Source of the DNA: Spirochaetia bacterium
GTDB taxonomy: Bacteria; Spirochaetota; Spirochaetia; SP-2023
Reading direction: 5' to 3'
Assembly: GCA_965263295.1 (NCBI GenBank)
Contig: OZ253665.1
Coordinates: 2,048,001-2,112,000 of the forward strand
Length of the DNA stretch: 64,000 nt
A model generated the notes under the pieces. It did not search any database. It worked only from the letters and a program-made list of their open reading frames with translations, and was not told where the DNA came from. Both the position numbers and the translations under genes were made by a program. Position 1 is the stretch's first letter; each line of letters begins with the position of its first letter. Below are positions 9,989 to 21,488 of this stretch, one piece after another.

Positions 9989-11775
9989 GCTTTGGCCTCC
10001 AAAATTTCTTCCGCACCTTCTTGGTATCCAAGTCCCTTGGATTGAATCAGATCGCGAACTTCTTTTTCTAAATTTCTAAATTCAGCTGACGGCTGATCAT
10101 TGTCCCAGGCTGTCCCATTCATATCCAAAATCAACATGCGCAACTTGTTAAAAAACTGGCGGGCTTCATCCTTGTCATCAAAGTCAAACTTGGTGAGCAG
10201 ACAATGCAACAACAGGGCAAACACATAGTCCTGGCGCTCAGGTGAAACTGCGGCATCGACTGGGTGAAACGAATTTTGCTGAATATAAGTGGAGTCGATT
10301 AATTCACCTTTTTCATAAATTATGTAATCGCCCATTGAGGTCCCCTCTTCGCCAACCACTTTCATCATGGCTTCAACCTCAAAACCACGGTGCAGAATGC
10401 GATTCGCAAAGTCACGCTTGGCGTCGGGAACGATACCCCTATACTTGCTCCACGACTCAATCGGGTGAATCGCCGGGAACTTGCGCGCGTCAGAACGCTC
10501 ACGCGACAAGCCGTGAAAGGCGCCAACCACCTTCAGCGTCGCTTGCGTCACGGGTTCTTCAAAATTCCCGCCGGCCGGGGAGACCGAACCGCCAATGGTG
10601 ACCGAACCAATTTCGCCTGTGTTCAGGCGCACAATGCCAGCGCGTTCATAAAAGGCGGCAATACTGGACTCCAAATACGCAGGGAACGCCTCCTCCCCAG
10701 GAATCTCTTCCAGACGGCCCGACATCTCACGCATGGCCTGAGCCCAACGCGAGGTAGAGTCCGCCAACATCAAGACGTTTAACCCCATCTGCCGGAAGTA
10801 CTCGGCCAGGGTGACAGCGGTGTACACAGACGCCTCGCGCGCCGCCACGGGCATCGACGAAGTATTGCAAATAATAATTGTACGTTCCATGAGCGAACGG
10901 CCGGTGCGCGGGTCATTCAGTTCGGGGAATTCAACCAGCGTCTCCACGACCTCACCGGCACGTTCGCCACAGGCGGCAATAATGACAATATCCACTTCAG
11001 CGTGGCGGCTGGTGACCTGCTGCAAGACAGTTTTACCGGCGCCAAAGGGACCGGGAATACAATACGTCCCCCCCAGGGCCACCGGGAAAAAGGTGTCGAC
11101 CAGGCGAACCTTGGTCACCATCGGCTCAGTCGGTTTCAGACGTTCGGCATACCGGGTGATCGGCCGCTTTACCGGCCAGGTAAACACCATGCTTAACTTG
11201 TGCTTTTTGCCAGATTCAATTTCCCGAATCTCGGCAATCTCTTCCTTAATCGTATATCGCCCGGCCTTTGCAACTGAGATGACCTCACATTTGGCGTCAA
11301 TGCCAAAGGGAACCATAATACGGTGCTGGAAAGCGCCTTCTGGAACGGTCCCGACGGTATCGCCGCCACTGAGACGATCACCTTCAACGGCCTGTGGCGT
11401 AAAATCCCACTGACGGTCACGGGGCAGCGGTTCCAGATAGACTCCGCGCTCCAAAAAGTGCCCCGCGGCTTCCGCCAACTCAGGCAGGGGGTTTTGCAGA
11501 CCATCGTAAATCTGAGTCAACAGTCCCGGCCCCAGTTCCACGGCCAGCAACTCATCGGTAAACTCTACCACAGCGCCGATACGCAGCCCTTTAGTCGGCT
11601 CAAATACCTGCAACTGAGCTAGGTCACCGCGGATACGGATGACCTCAGCCTTTAGACGGCGAGCCTCTTTCCCCTCGTCGAGGGCAATGTAGGCGACTTC
11701 ATTCAAAGACACTTTGCCATCAAATGCCACGGTAACCATGTTACCATTTACGCCTTGGATTTTCCCTTGCGCCAT
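9985..11775 (-). CDS. atpA: V/A-type ATP synthase subunit A
   Basis: Walker [29 protein letters not shown]. Confidence 0.97.
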   Translation of the reverse strand: MAQGKIQGVNGNMVTVAFDGKVSLNEVAYIALDEGKEARRLKAEVIRIRGDLAQLQVFEPTKGLRIGAVVEFTDELLAVELGPGLLTQIYDGLQNPLPELAEAAGHFLERGVYLEPLPRDRQWDFTPQAVEGDRLSGGDTVGTVPEGAFQHRIMVPFGIDAKCEVISVAKAGRYTIKEEIAEIREIESGKKHKLSMVFTWPVKRPITRYAERLKPTEPMVTKVRLVDTFFPVALGGTYCIPGPFGAGKTVLQQVTSRHAEVDIVIIAACGERAGEVVETLVEFPELNDPRTGRSLMERTIIICNTSSMPVAAREASVYTAVTLAEYFRQMGLNVLMLADSTSRWAQAMREMSGRLEEIPGEEAFPAYLESSIAAFYERAGIVRLNTGEIGSVTIGGSVSPAGGNFEEPVTQATLKVVGAFHGLSRERSDARKFPAIHPIESWSKYRGIVPDAKRDFANRILHRGFEVEAMMKVVGEEGTSMGDYIIYEKGELIDSTYIQQNSFHPVDAAVSPERQDYVFALLLHCLLTKFDFDDKDEARQFFNKLRMLILDMNGTAWDNDQPSAEFRNLEKEVRDLIQSKGLGYQEGAEEILEAKA

Positions 11776-12329
11776 TACACTTCTCCTACCTTCTCATCTT
11801 CGACAATTTCTTTGCTAACTTTCTCATACAGCTCTTTCCCGGCGTCTTGTTGCCATAGAGCCGAGCGCTCCAAGATTTTCAACTTCAGCAGGTAGCAAGC
11901 GAGGAATACCATATCAAACAGCCGAGCGCCACACAGCTCGTCGAGCTTGGCCCAGCGCAACTGATCCAAGCCCCGCTCAATGGCAAAAGGTCCTTGCTGC
12001 AGAATCTGCTCCACGGCAGCAGCCATCATGGCGCTGCCCGCCGCACCACTGCGCGGCTTGGCAGCGCCGCCACGCTGCCCTATCATTTTCAAACGCTGCA
12101 TCATCACCTGATTGCGCAGTGCGACTTCCCAGGCATAGTAATCAGAAAAAAAGCCCGAATTTAACACCCGGCGACTGGCCTGGCCAAAGTCCAAATCACT
12201 CAGCTTCTCAAAATCTGCCCTCGAAATATTCGTCGATGCCGACTGTAAAAAATTCTCACTACTCAACGGAGGTTCCATGCCGTAAGACAGAGAAGGCAGC
12301 GAGGTACAAAAATAAATATACTCAGCCAC
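11775..12329 (-). CDS. V-ATPase subunit C-like protein (DUF2764-type)
   Basis: YIYFCTSLPSL N-terminus and YLLKLKILER C-terminus; lies between subunits E and A. Confidence 0.78.
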   Translation of the reverse strand: MAEYIYFCTSLPSLSYGMEPPLSSENFLQSASTNISRADFEKLSDLDFGQASRRVLNSGFFSDYYAWEVALRNQVMMQRLKMIGQRGGAAKPRSGAAGSAMMAAAVEQILQQGPFAIERGLDQLRWAKLDELCGARLFDMVFLACYLLKLKILERSALWQQDAGKELYEKVSKEIVEDEKVGEV

Positions 12330-12348
12330 AGCGATAACCTAGGCTCAA

Positions 12349-12942
12349 TTAAGACAAGTACGAGACGAATTTGGGATTCAGGAGCTGCGCCAAAGTGTTA
12401 CTGATTTCTTCATCGGTAAAATCAAAGTAAGCGGTACCGTCGCGGAAGCTGATGCGCAGGCCGGCTTTCATGCCCTCCAGAGGCTTAATGGCAAATTCGT
12501 CGTCCAGCATTTCATCTTTCAGCTTTTTCAGGAGGCTGTCCGCCAGAGCCGCGGCATCAGAAGTAGAAAGCTGTAGTTCTATCGCCGTACCGGCAGACCA
12601 GCCTTTCATTAGACCCAAAACAATCCGCTCCAGACTCTCGCCACTCAAGACCTGGGCGACATCTTGCTGCAATAACTTACGGAACAATTCTTCCAGTTCT
12701 TTGCGGACGGCCAGAACCACATCCCGTCCGGCCTGACGCAGAGAGTCTTCGACTGTTTTTTTTAGCTTTTCGGTCTCTGCTTCAACCTTGCGCAGAGAGT
12801 CGCGCCCGCTCTCCTCGGCACTGGCAATTATACGACGAGCTTCTTCTTTCGCCTGAGCGATGATATCTGTCGCCTCTTTGCGCGCACTCTCCACTCCGTC
12901 CGATTTAATACTGCGAACCAGCGGATCTAATTGTATTTCCAT
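12349..12942 (-). CDS. atpE: V/A-type ATP synthase subunit E
   Basis: MEIQL..L...IKSDGVESA coiled-coil N-terminus, YFDFTDEEI; first gene of the operon. Confidence 0.9.
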   Translation of the reverse strand: MEIQLDPLVRSIKSDGVESARKEATDIIAQAKEEARRIIASAEESGRDSLRKVEAETEKLKKTVEDSLRQAGRDVVLAVRKELEELFRKLLQQDVAQVLSGESLERIVLGLMKGWSAGTAIELQLSTSDAAALADSLLKKLKDEMLDDEFAIKPLEGMKAGLRISFRDGTAYFDFTDEEISNTLAQLLNPKFVSYLS

Positions 12943-13056
12943 AAAAACTTACAGCTCCTTTCTAGTTGGGCTCACTCTTAAAGTTCTGTATTTTGAAAAC
13001 GACATTTCAGACAATACCAAAACAGCGCGAGCAGTTGATTATAGAACGACCTAACT

Positions 13057-13473
13057 TTAAAGTATACTATTAATTCTTTCAAGTACTTTTTTACGATCCA
13101 GCGGCTTAACGATATAATTTTTGGCGCCAAGCATGAGCGATTTTTTTACCATTTCCTGTTTGCCCAAGGCGCTGACCATGACTATTTTTGCCGATGGATT
13201 GCTCTGCATTATTTTCTCCAGAGCCGTCACCCCATCCATCTTTGGCATGGTAATATCCATTGTCACAATGTCTGGCTTGAGTTCATGATACTTGGCGACA
13301 GCTTGTTCGCCATCTTCGGCTGTCCCGACGACATTAAAGCCTTCAGAACTAAGTATTTGAGTAATCTGCTTGGTCACAAAAATTGAATCGTCCACAACCA
13401 AAACTGTATATGCACCTTCTTTTTTCGGCACGTTGCCAGTACCAATCTTTATGTCGCCAGACACAGCTTTCAT
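13057..13473 (-). CDS. cheY: Chemotaxis response regulator CheY
   Basis: Single receiver domain (VVDDS, TMDITMPKMDG, YIVKP) at the end of the che operon. Confidence 0.92.
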   Translation of the reverse strand: MKAVSGDIKIGTGNVPKKEGAYTVLVVDDSIFVTKQITQILSSEGFNVVGTAEDGEQAVAKYHELKPDIVTMDITMPKMDGVTALEKIMQSNPSAKIVMVSALGKQEMVKKSLMLGAKNYIVKPLDRKKVLERINSIL

Positions 13474-13525
13474 AAATAACTCCTTATTTAGAGCTCATAA
13501 AATTAAAGTTACGAGCGTCGATAGG

Positions 13526-14008
13526 TTACTCAGTTTGGGCAAGCTTGTCAAAAATGGAGATATTAAAATCCACCATGCCTAGTTCTGTATCCAACGGCAG
13601 AATCAGAATCTCCCGCGGAGAATGAGCCAATCTCATTTGTTTACCGATAAAAATTGCCGGAGGTGTAATATCAAAGGTAAAACCCATTTCTTGCAGTTCT
13701 GTAATTGCCCGACCCGCCACCATATTGGCAATTTCCTGAATGGTTGACTGAACCATTTCATTAATTTCGCTAAATTCTTCTCCATTTATCTCATTGGCAA
13801 TGTTTAAAGCGGTATCCTCTTCCATATCCAGCAAGACCCGACCTTCAGCTTGCCCGGTAAGGCCAATCACGGCAACCAGCCCCATAACCTGCTGCGAATT
13901 ATGTTTTTTCAGGTATATTTTTTCCCGCGAAACTCGGTCTTCGCCTAAGAATTCGCACATTATAGAGTATGCAGCTTTCACAAATGGATTGATGTACTCA
14001 ACTCTCAT
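13526..14008 (-). CDS. cheX: CheY-P phosphatase CheX
   Basis: MRVEYINPFV start and EIANMVAG (ExxN) motif. Confidence 0.93.
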   Translation of the reverse strand: MRVEYINPFVKAAYSIMCEFLGEDRVSREKIYLKKHNSQQVMGLVAVIGLTGQAEGRVLLDMEEDTALNIANEINGEEFSEINEMVQSTIQEIANMVAGRAITELQEMGFTFDITPPAIFIGKQMRLAHSPREILILPLDTELGMVDFNISIFDKLAQTE

Positions 14009-15705
14009 TTCTCAATTACCTCTTCTGTCTTCTTGCGATAAATTTTTAGCGGTTCGCGTTCTACCAAAAGCCACTCGGTGGGATCTAACTCTTCATTATC
14101 TCCTATGACCAGCAAACCATCTCCCTTAAGCGAACGACTAATAGTTTGCAAGACATGCTTCTGGTCCGCCACGGCATGCCGAGACAACAAGTCGCGGACC
14201 ACAATTAAATCAGCACTCGTGTGCGGCGTCGAGTGTATGACATCCTGATACTCAAAAATGATGCGGTCTTTCAGCTCCTTTTTAAAACCGTACCCTTCAT
14301 TACCTCGCTTCTCGTTCAAATGCTCCCGCAACCATTTTGGCAATTCCGACGGAGCGCCGACACTCTGGAGCGGAGCTTCAGATACTTCCAATAAATCAGA
14401 GTCTGCAGCCCGAACCTGCAAGTTTGCTTCAGGCGCGGCATTGACCAGAGACGCCGCGAGCGAATACGTTTCCCGTCCATTGCTACAGCCTGCGTGCCAA
14501 ACATTTAAATTGCCGCTTCGGTTGTGGAAGTGGCGACTCAGAGCCTGCTGCAAAGTTCCCGACCAATAACTTTGTGAATCTTTAGATCTTAGCAACTGAA
14601 TGAACTCTTTGCGATTATGCAAAGATTCGAGAACTTCATTGTCGGGGACATTAATACTTTTAGATCGGCGCCATTCATGCCATCTTCGTTCCACCACACG
14701 GGCATTCAACGGCGAGACGACAAAGCCCTCTCTGGCCAGGGCTTTCGCCAGCATCACTTGACCGTGAGTCAAGCCTGTAAAGTTATCCGGGACAAGCTCA
14801 TCTTGATGGTCGGCTGCGGAAGATTCTGCGGCCATGATTTCTTGTTGGCTAGAATCATCCTCAGCGACAGACTCGTTTTGGTGTTCATCTTTTGTTCCAG
14901 CCGGTCGCCCCGGCTCTTGTTGAATTTGGGTTGCGGCGGCCTGTTCCTGCGAATTATTTAGCGCCACTGCAGGCGCAGTGACCATATCTCGTCGAGCTGG
15001 AGCTGGATACGACGGCTCCCTGGCAAGGCTTGAGGTCCCAGGAGGAGCCCCTATCTCCTGCTGAGAGGATGGGTATTCCACCGATTGCCTCAGCGGCAGA
15101 TTGCGGCTCTGCTTCCTGGCGATACGGGCAAAAGTGGCATCAAAGTCAAACCCTGCCGATTCACTGGGATCCAGGTTGGGATCAATGATTCGATCCATAG
15201 CCAGAATTATATACAGCTGTTCCTTGTAGTCGACAATTCCATCAATATACGGTACATCCAGCTCTGAAAACAAAGGATGCGAGCTTTGAATCATCTTGCG
15301 GTCAATGCCTACCACGTGGCTAATATTATCGACGATGATGCCAATATTAATAGAGCCAAATGTCAGGATAATCAAGTCTTCACAGATATCATTATTGCCG
15401 GTAATATCCATTTCGGAGCTCTCTTCTGTGATTTCCAGATTAAAGAACAAGCGCATATCAATAATGGGAATAATCTCACCGCGCAGGTTGAATACCCCGC
15501 GCACATAGTTTGCGGTGTTCGGCACATAGGTAAAACGCCGGGCGCTAGAAATCTCCTTAACTTGCATTATGTCAATTCCATAGGCCTTGCGGCCGAGACT
15601 AAACGTCACCATGCGAAAATCGTCCATGGCGGCGGCGACATCGCGGCGCTTTCCACCTTGCGAAAGAGTCCCACTCTGTGCTTGTGTTTTCAAGTCCTCA
15701 GGCAT
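14005..15705 (-). CDS. cheW: CheW fused to a CheR-like methyltransferase domain (spirochaete CheW3 type)
   Basis: N-terminal CheW (YGIDIMQVKEI, GVFNLRGEIIPIID), low-complexity linker, C-terminal VWHAGCSNGRETYSLA. Confidence 0.9.
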   Translation of the reverse strand: MPEDLKTQAQSGTLSQGGKRRDVAAAMDDFRMVTFSLGRKAYGIDIMQVKEISSARRFTYVPNTANYVRGVFNLRGEIIPIIDMRLFFNLEITEESSEMDITGNNDICEDLIILTFGSINIGIIVDNISHVVGIDRKMIQSSHPLFSELDVPYIDGIVDYKEQLYIILAMDRIIDPNLDPSESAGFDFDATFARIARKQSRNLPLRQSVEYPSSQQEIGAPPGTSSLAREPSYPAPARRDMVTAPAVALNNSQEQAAATQIQQEPGRPAGTKDEHQNESVAEDDSSQQEIMAAESSAADHQDELVPDNFTGLTHGQVMLAKALAREGFVVSPLNARVVERRWHEWRRSKSINVPDNEVLESLHNRKEFIQLLRSKDSQSYWSGTLQQALSRHFHNRSGNLNVWHAGCSNGRETYSLAASLVNAAPEANLQVRAADSDLLEVSEAPLQSVGAPSELPKWLREHLNEKRGNEGYGFKKELKDRIIFEYQDVIHSTPHTSADLIVVRDLLSRHAVADQKHVLQTISRSLKGDGLLVIGDNEELDPTEWLLVEREPLKIYRKKTEEVIEK

Positions 15706-15785
15706 GGAAGACCTCCCTATTCGGTGCTCGCGTGCTTTCTAAACAGGCCTTGCAAACGCAGGCCTTGCAAACAACGGCACCGCAA

Positions 15786-18206
15786 CTAAAACCTTTTTTG
15801 CTCGCGCATGAAGCGCTCAAACTGAATCCCTAGATCCAGCAGCTGGCTGACATCAAGAATCAACGAGACGATGCCATCGCCCAAGATCGTGGCCCCCGCC
15901 ACTCCTGGTGAATGTGTATAACGATCGACCAACGGCTTAATCACCACGTCTTCTTCGCCAATTAGGTTGTCAACCATCAAGCCCACTCGCCGCTCCTCTG
16001 TCCCGACAACGACCACAAACATGTAATCATCCGCCGGCGCAGTTTGATCTTCCAGTTGGAAGATACGATTCAAGCGCAAAAGTGAAATGACATCGTCCCG
16101 CACGCTAATCACTTCATAGTTGTCAATCAGATGAATGTCGGCAGGTGTAATGCGGATACTCTCTGCTACCGCTGTAATTGGAATGGCATAAACTTCTGAG
16201 CGCACCCGAACTAACAAACCCTGAATAATAGCCAGAGTCAACGGTAGGCGGATGGTGAACCTAGTGCCGTAACCCGGCTCCGACCAGACATTGACGTTGC
16301 CGTTAAGCTTTTCAATTTGCTTCTTTACTACGTCTAGCCCGACACCTCTGCCAGAAATATTGGTGACCTCCTTGGCAGTCGAAAATCCAGGGTCAAAAAT
16401 CAGGTTAAAAGCTTCCTGCTCAGTCAACTGCTTATTCGGTGCAATAACCCCGTTGTCAACCGCCTTTTGGCGCACTTTCTGCAAAGATATCCCGGCGCCG
16501 TCATCGGAGATCTCAATTATGACGTTACTGCTCTCGTTTATCGCGGAAAGCTTGATTTTGCCGTTTTCAGGCTTATTGGTCTGAGCGCGCAGTTCTTTAT
16601 TCTCAATGCCGTGATCCATTGAATTACGCACACAATGCATCAATGGGTCCACCAATTCTTCCGCAACTGACTTGTCAATTTCGGTCTCTTCTCCTTCCAG
16701 CACCAGATCGACTTTTTTGTCCAGCGAGCGCGCGAGATCGCGCACCAGGCGCGGGAAGCGCGAAAAAACTTGACTGATAGGTATCATGCGCATGCTGAGT
16801 ATAGATTCGTGCAAGTCGTTAGTATTGCGGGCTAGGTTCGCCGATGAATTACGGAACTGTGCAATGATGCTCTTGAGCTGATTCTCCAAGGGGTTAAACA
16901 AATTGTGGATGCGTGTGGACTGATCATGCAACTTCTTACGGGCATTGCGCACCGCTGTATTCTGCAAATTCTCATCGTTTCCACCATCTAGATCCCTTAA
17001 TAATGTGGAACTATTCAGTAGCTCCTCAATCATCGTATTCAGCTGGTCGCGCACTTCCATATGAGCGGAACGCATTTCACTGACGAGGTTGATCAATTGG
17101 TTATTCACCTGATTAAAAGTCGCTTTATTAATGACAGCTTCGCTAACCAGGTTAAGGATTTCATCGACTCGGCGGCTGTCTACGCGCAACACAGAAGAAT
17201 TTCCACCCTCCTTTTTCGGCGCTGCCTGCCGGGACGCCTGACTTTTCGGCGCTTCTACTGCGGCATCTTTAGTTTTGGCAGACTCTGTGGGAACATCTGC
17301 GGTCGTTATACCATCTTGTCGTGCTAAAGAATCGCTGTCGGGCGAGCCGAGGCTCTCCTCTTCCTCGCTCACAAGATCGCCTTGGGCCATCGTTTCATCT
17401 AACAAGTTAACTTCAGTTTCCAGAGTAACGTCGGGCAACATGGCAAAATGCAGGATTTCAGACATTTCGGCTGAGGATTCCAGATAAAAATCTACATATT
17501 CAAAGAAATTATCCTCGTATAACTCTTCAAAATCGGGGTGAGTAATCCAAATGGTCCCCAAGTCCTTCAGGCGAGCAAACTCCTGCACCGAGCCAATCGT
17601 ATTCATCGGGTTTGACTCGTCAAAGTGAACGCGGACTTGATATACAGGATCTTTAACTTGTTGCAACAAATCATCATATTCCGCCCGCGACAGCAGGCTG
17701 GGAAACGATGCCGGGTCCTTGGCCCCACTTTCTTCTTGCACAGCTGAATTGGCCGAAATCGGTGCAGCCGCCGCGGATTCTTTGACTGTCGCGCTCTTCT
17801 GATGGGCAATGCCATTCACCCAGTCGACCAACTGCTTTTCTAGGGCCGTGGTATCTTGCGAATACATGCCGCCGGCCATGCGTTCCGCAGACATTTCTTT
17901 AATCACGTCTATAGAATCCAAAAGCAGGTCCGTAATGGCCGGGCCAATTTCCAGTTTGCCATTGCGCACTTCGTCGAGTAAGTCTTCTACCTTGTGGGTA
18001 AAGAGGGCCAATTCGTTCATTTGCACCGTGTAAGCCCCGCCTTTTAATGTGTGGACAGCCCGAAATAATTCATCGACAGAATCGTGGTCCTGAGGGTCGC
18101 TCTCGATGGCCAAGACGGTGCGCTCCATTGTGTCCATCTGCATTTCTGCTTCGATAAAAAAATCTTTGAGTAGCTCTTCGTTTTCCGGATCTAAATAATC
18201 GCTCAT
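15786..18206 (-). CDS. cheA: Chemotaxis histidine kinase CheA
   Basis: Hpt FRAVHTLKG, HCVRNSMDHGIE, SGRGVGLDVV, C-terminal CheW-like domain. Confidence 0.97.
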   Translation of the reverse strand: MSDYLDPENEELLKDFFIEAEMQMDTMERTVLAIESDPQDHDSVDELFRAVHTLKGGAYTVQMNELALFTHKVEDLLDEVRNGKLEIGPAITDLLLDSIDVIKEMSAERMAGGMYSQDTTALEKQLVDWVNGIAHQKSATVKESAAAAPISANSAVQEESGAKDPASFPSLLSRAEYDDLLQQVKDPVYQVRVHFDESNPMNTIGSVQEFARLKDLGTIWITHPDFEELYEDNFFEYVDFYLESSAEMSEILHFAMLPDVTLETEVNLLDETMAQGDLVSEEEESLGSPDSDSLARQDGITTADVPTESAKTKDAAVEAPKSQASRQAAPKKEGGNSSVLRVDSRRVDEILNLVSEAVINKATFNQVNNQLINLVSEMRSAHMEVRDQLNTMIEELLNSSTLLRDLDGGNDENLQNTAVRNARKKLHDQSTRIHNLFNPLENQLKSIIAQFRNSSANLARNTNDLHESILSMRMIPISQVFSRFPRLVRDLARSLDKKVDLVLEGEETEIDKSVAEELVDPLMHCVRNSMDHGIENKELRAQTNKPENGKIKLSAINESSNVIIEISDDGAGISLQKVRQKAVDNGVIAPNKQLTEQEAFNLIFDPGFSTAKEVTNISGRGVGLDVVKKQIEKLNGNVNVWSEPGYGTRFTIRLPLTLAIIQGLLVRVRSEVYAIPITAVAESIRITPADIHLIDNYEVISVRDDVISLLRLNRIFQLEDQTAPADDYMFVVVVGTEERRVGLMVDNLIGEEDVVIKPLVDRYTHSPGVAGATILGDGIVSLILDVSQLLDLGIQFERFMREQKRF

Positions 18207-18583
18207 ACCGCAATCTTTCTCCCAAACCTGCTAGCGCCCTACCGAGTGTACAGAGAGGCGGACGGCAAGGCTGTCGAATTGTAGCCCAGACTTGAGTCTA
18301 TGGGAATCATATCACTGAAACTTTTTAGTGCACAAGTAATTTCTTCATAATTATGTGTAGATTTTAATCCAGTAATATTTCTAATATTTGGCAGTCATCG
18401 CAACTGAAGGAGCAGATGCAAGACAACTTGGCAGAAAGCCTCAGGCTGACTACAATGACCCAATTGACAATAGAATGGGCTCAAACAAATTCTGCCCGTT
18501 TTCATGTCGCCCGTAGACACATCAAGCGCCCCAATACAAATTATTGACAAATTCTTGTCAAATAACATATTCAGGAGATTTTT

Positions 18584-20623
18584 ATGAGTAATATTTCGCA
18601 CAAAGCAGCGAACAACATCCGCATTCTCAGTGCCGCCATGGTTGAAAAAGCCCGGTCCGGCCATCCCGGCGGCGCCATGGGCGGTGCAGAATTTATCAAT
18701 ATTCTGTACTCTGAATTTTTGCGCTTTGACCCAGACGATCTAGAGTGGCGCAATCGCGACCGCTTTTTCCTCGATCCCGGTCACATGTCGCCGATGTTGT
18801 ACTCCCAGCTCGCCCTGATCGGAGCTTATGAAGTCAGCGAACTGGAACAGTTCCGCCAGTGGGGTAGCCCGACTCCCGGCCACCCAGAAAAAGATTTTAA
18901 GCGCGGCATTGAAAATACCTCCGGGCCACTGGGGCAGGGGCACGTATTTGCCGTCGGTGCCGCTATTACAGAAAAGTTCCTGCGAGCCCGCTTTGATCGC
19001 GCAGGCTCCTGGATGTCGCACAATATCTACGCCTTTATCTCGGATGGCGGTATCCAAGAAGAAATTTCCCAGGGAGCGGGGCGCATTGCCGGTCACTTGG
19101 GGCTCGACAACCTGATCATTTTCTACGACTCCAACGACATTCAATTATCCAGCGCAACTGGCGTGGTCACCAGTGAGGACACTGCGGCCAAATATCGGGC
19201 CTGGAACTGGAATGTCATCGAAATCAAGGGCAATGATCCCGAACAAATCCGCAAATCTTTGCGCGATGCCCAGGCCGAGCAGCAGCGCCCGACCCTGATT
19301 ATTGGCAAGACTATCATGGGCGATGGCGCTCGCGACGCCCAGGGCGAATCCTTTGAAGGCCGCCACAGCATCCACGGTCAACCGCTCTCCAAGGCCGGAG
19401 CCTCACTGGAAAAGACCATCGAAAACCTCGGCGGCGAGGCGGCCAAACCCTTCCAGATCTTTGCCGACGTCCGCACTTACTATCGAGAGTGCCTGGACAA
19501 AAAGCGTGCCGAAGTCAAGGCCCTGAAGGCCAAAGAAAATGCCTGGCGCCAAGCCAATCGGGATATGGCGGCAAAGTGGGATCAGTTTTTTGAGCGTCGC
19601 TTGCCCGCCAACTTGGACTTTGCCGGGCTGCCGGTCAAAGAAAACGTCGCCACCCGCGCCGCCTCCGGTTCCACTCTCGCGGAACTGGCGAACAAAGTCG
19701 AGAACCTGATCGTCGCCTCCGCCGACCTTTCGGACAGCGACAAGACGGACGGATTTCTGAAGAACTCCAAAGCCTTTCACAAAGGCGACTTTTCCGGCGC
19801 ATTCCTGCAGGCTGGGGTATCAGAACTGACCATGGCCGCGGTAGCAGCGGGTATGGCCTTGCACGGCGGTGTGATTCCGGCTTGTGGTACTTTTTTTGTA
19901 TTCTCTGACTACATGAAACCCGTGCTCCGCACTTGCGCCCTGATGGAGCTACAGGTTATTTTCATTTGGACCCATGACGCCTTCCGTGTCGGCGAAGACG
20001 GCCCTACTCACCAGCCAGTCGAGCACGAAGCCCAGCTGCGGCTAATGGAACATCTGCAGAACCACAGACACAAAAATTCCACATTGGTGCTGCGTCCCGC
20101 AGATGCCCATGAAACCGTCGTCGCCTGGAAGATGGCCCTGGAGAATCGCGCCACACCGACTGCGCTAATCCTTTCGCGTCAGGATATACAAAGCCTGCCG
20201 GCAGCCTCCGGCAACCGCTATCAGGAAGCCTTGAGCGCGAGCAGAGGCGCTTACATCGTGCGCCGGGAAACGACACCCGACGTCGTGTTGCTCGCTTCTG
20301 GTTCAGAAGTCGCGACCCTGGTGGCAGGTGCCGAGCTACTGGCCCAGGACGGGATCAAAGCCCAGGTTATCTCCGTGCCCTCGGAAGGTCTGTTGCGCAA
20401 TCAGGACGACTCTTATAAAACGCAGATTTTGCCTCCAGGTGTCCAGCGTTTTGGTCTGACGGCAGGTCTGCCCGTGACTTTGCAGGGCTTGGTTGGCGAG
20501 AACGGCAAAGTGTGGGGTTTGCCCAGCTTTGGTTTTTCCGCCCCGGCGGGTGTACTTGATGACAAACTAGGTTACACTGGCGAGAATGTGCGAACCGAAG
20601 TCAAAAACCTGCTCAGTAAATAG
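18584..20623 (+). CDS. tkt: Transketolase
   Basis: SGHPGGAMG, TPGHPE, SGPLGQG and GEDGPTHQPVEH motifs; SD AGGAG. Confidence 0.97.
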   Translation: MSNISHKAANNIRILSAAMVEKARSGHPGGAMGGAEFINILYSEFLRFDPDDLEWRNRDRFFLDPGHMSPMLYSQLALIGAYEVSELEQFRQWGSPTPGHPEKDFKRGIENTSGPLGQGHVFAVGAAITEKFLRARFDRAGSWMSHNIYAFISDGGIQEEISQGAGRIAGHLGLDNLIIFYDSNDIQLSSATGVVTSEDTAAKYRAWNWNVIEIKGNDPEQIRKSLRDAQAEQQRPTLIIGKTIMGDGARDAQGESFEGRHSIHGQPLSKAGASLEKTIENLGGEAAKPFQIFADVRTYYRECLDKKRAEVKALKAKENAWRQANRDMAAKWDQFFERRLPANLDFAGLPVKENVATRAASGSTLAELANKVENLIVASADLSDSDKTDGFLKNSKAFHKGDFSGAFLQAGVSELTMAAVAAGMALHGGVIPACGTFFVFSDYMKPVLRTCALMELQVIFIWTHDAFRVGEDGPTHQPVEHEAQLRLMEHLQNHRHKNSTLVLRPADAHETVVAWKMALENRATPTALILSRQDIQSLPAASGNRYQEALSASRGAYIVRRETTPDVVLLASGSEVATLVAGAELLAQDGIKAQVISVPSEGLLRNQDDSYKTQILPPGVQRFGLTAGLPVTLQGLVGENGKVWGLPSFGFSAPAGVLDDKLGYTGENVRTEVKNLLSK

Positions 20624-20770
20624 CCCTCTAGGTTTAAATTGGGCGTGAAAGGACCCGGCAACTTTTGGCCGGGCTTCTTACGCTTAACCTGGACTTGGCT
20701 TGACCTTGGCATAACTCTGGTACAACTTGGGCATATGGCCATCACGGGGCAATCCGACTAGAATATCCAC

Positions 20771-21382
20771 ATGATGATTCGTCGCTTTGATTCATTTACT
20801 ATAAATCCTTTGTCTAATTTTCTACGCAAGTTCTGGGTGGCAATACTATGGCTGACCTTCATTGCCATTTTTTTTCTCAGCACAGCGAGCTACCAGCTCA
20901 AAAGCAGCCACAAGAGCCATATTCTGCTGTTTCCCAGTGCCAGTAGTGAATATGACGGCCAGGATTTCAGCCATCTCTACGCCGAACAGCGCAAGGTTCC
21001 CGTGCCTCAAGTTCTGCCTGCCGAATGGAGCCTGGAAGAGCGCAAGATCTACTACCTCGCCAAAGAATTACTGTATGGCCCCGGATCCCGTATGATCCGC
21101 TCCTACCCCTTTGTCCCCAAGGGAACCAGGCTGCAAAGCCTGGCCCTTCAAGACAACGACCTCTATATTGACTTTGACGCGACCCTGCTGAAGGCCAAGT
21201 CGGAACACCATTTCAACACTGATGCCATACTGGCATTGTTTGAGAAGGTTCTACGCCTGAACTTCCCCGGCCTCAAGGGTATCTATTTCACGGTTGAAGG
21301 CATGAGTGTCAAACGTTTCCGCCAGAAACTCTCACAAGCACAGCAGGCCGAAGGATTCTCAGACAAGCCCATAGATGAATAG
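20771..21382 (+). CDS. Membrane-anchored GerMN-domain-like protein
   Basis: N-terminal TM; LLYGP...VPKGTRLQSL...LYIDF...IYFTVEG resembles GerMN. Confidence 0.65.
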   Translation: MMIRRFDSFTINPLSNFLRKFWVAILWLTFIAIFFLSTASYQLKSSHKSHILLFPSASSEYDGQDFSHLYAEQRKVPVPQVLPAEWSLEERKIYYLAKELLYGPGSRMIRSYPFVPKGTRLQSLALQDNDLYIDFDATLLKAKSEHHFNTDAILALFEKVLRLNFPGLKGIYFTVEGMSVKRFRQKLSQAQQAEGFSDKPIDE

Positions 21383-21488
21383 TTATCATACACACGGGGG
21401 AACGCAAGCGATGACGCGCCTGCATATCAGCGAGGAATTATTGTGAAGGCCCTTGCCGATTGACAACTGACAGGCGTATTTTGTGTAT

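Noticed and set aside
14005..15705. CheW-CheR fusion as a novelty
   Set aside because: Already known in spirochaete cheA-cheW-cheX-cheY operons.
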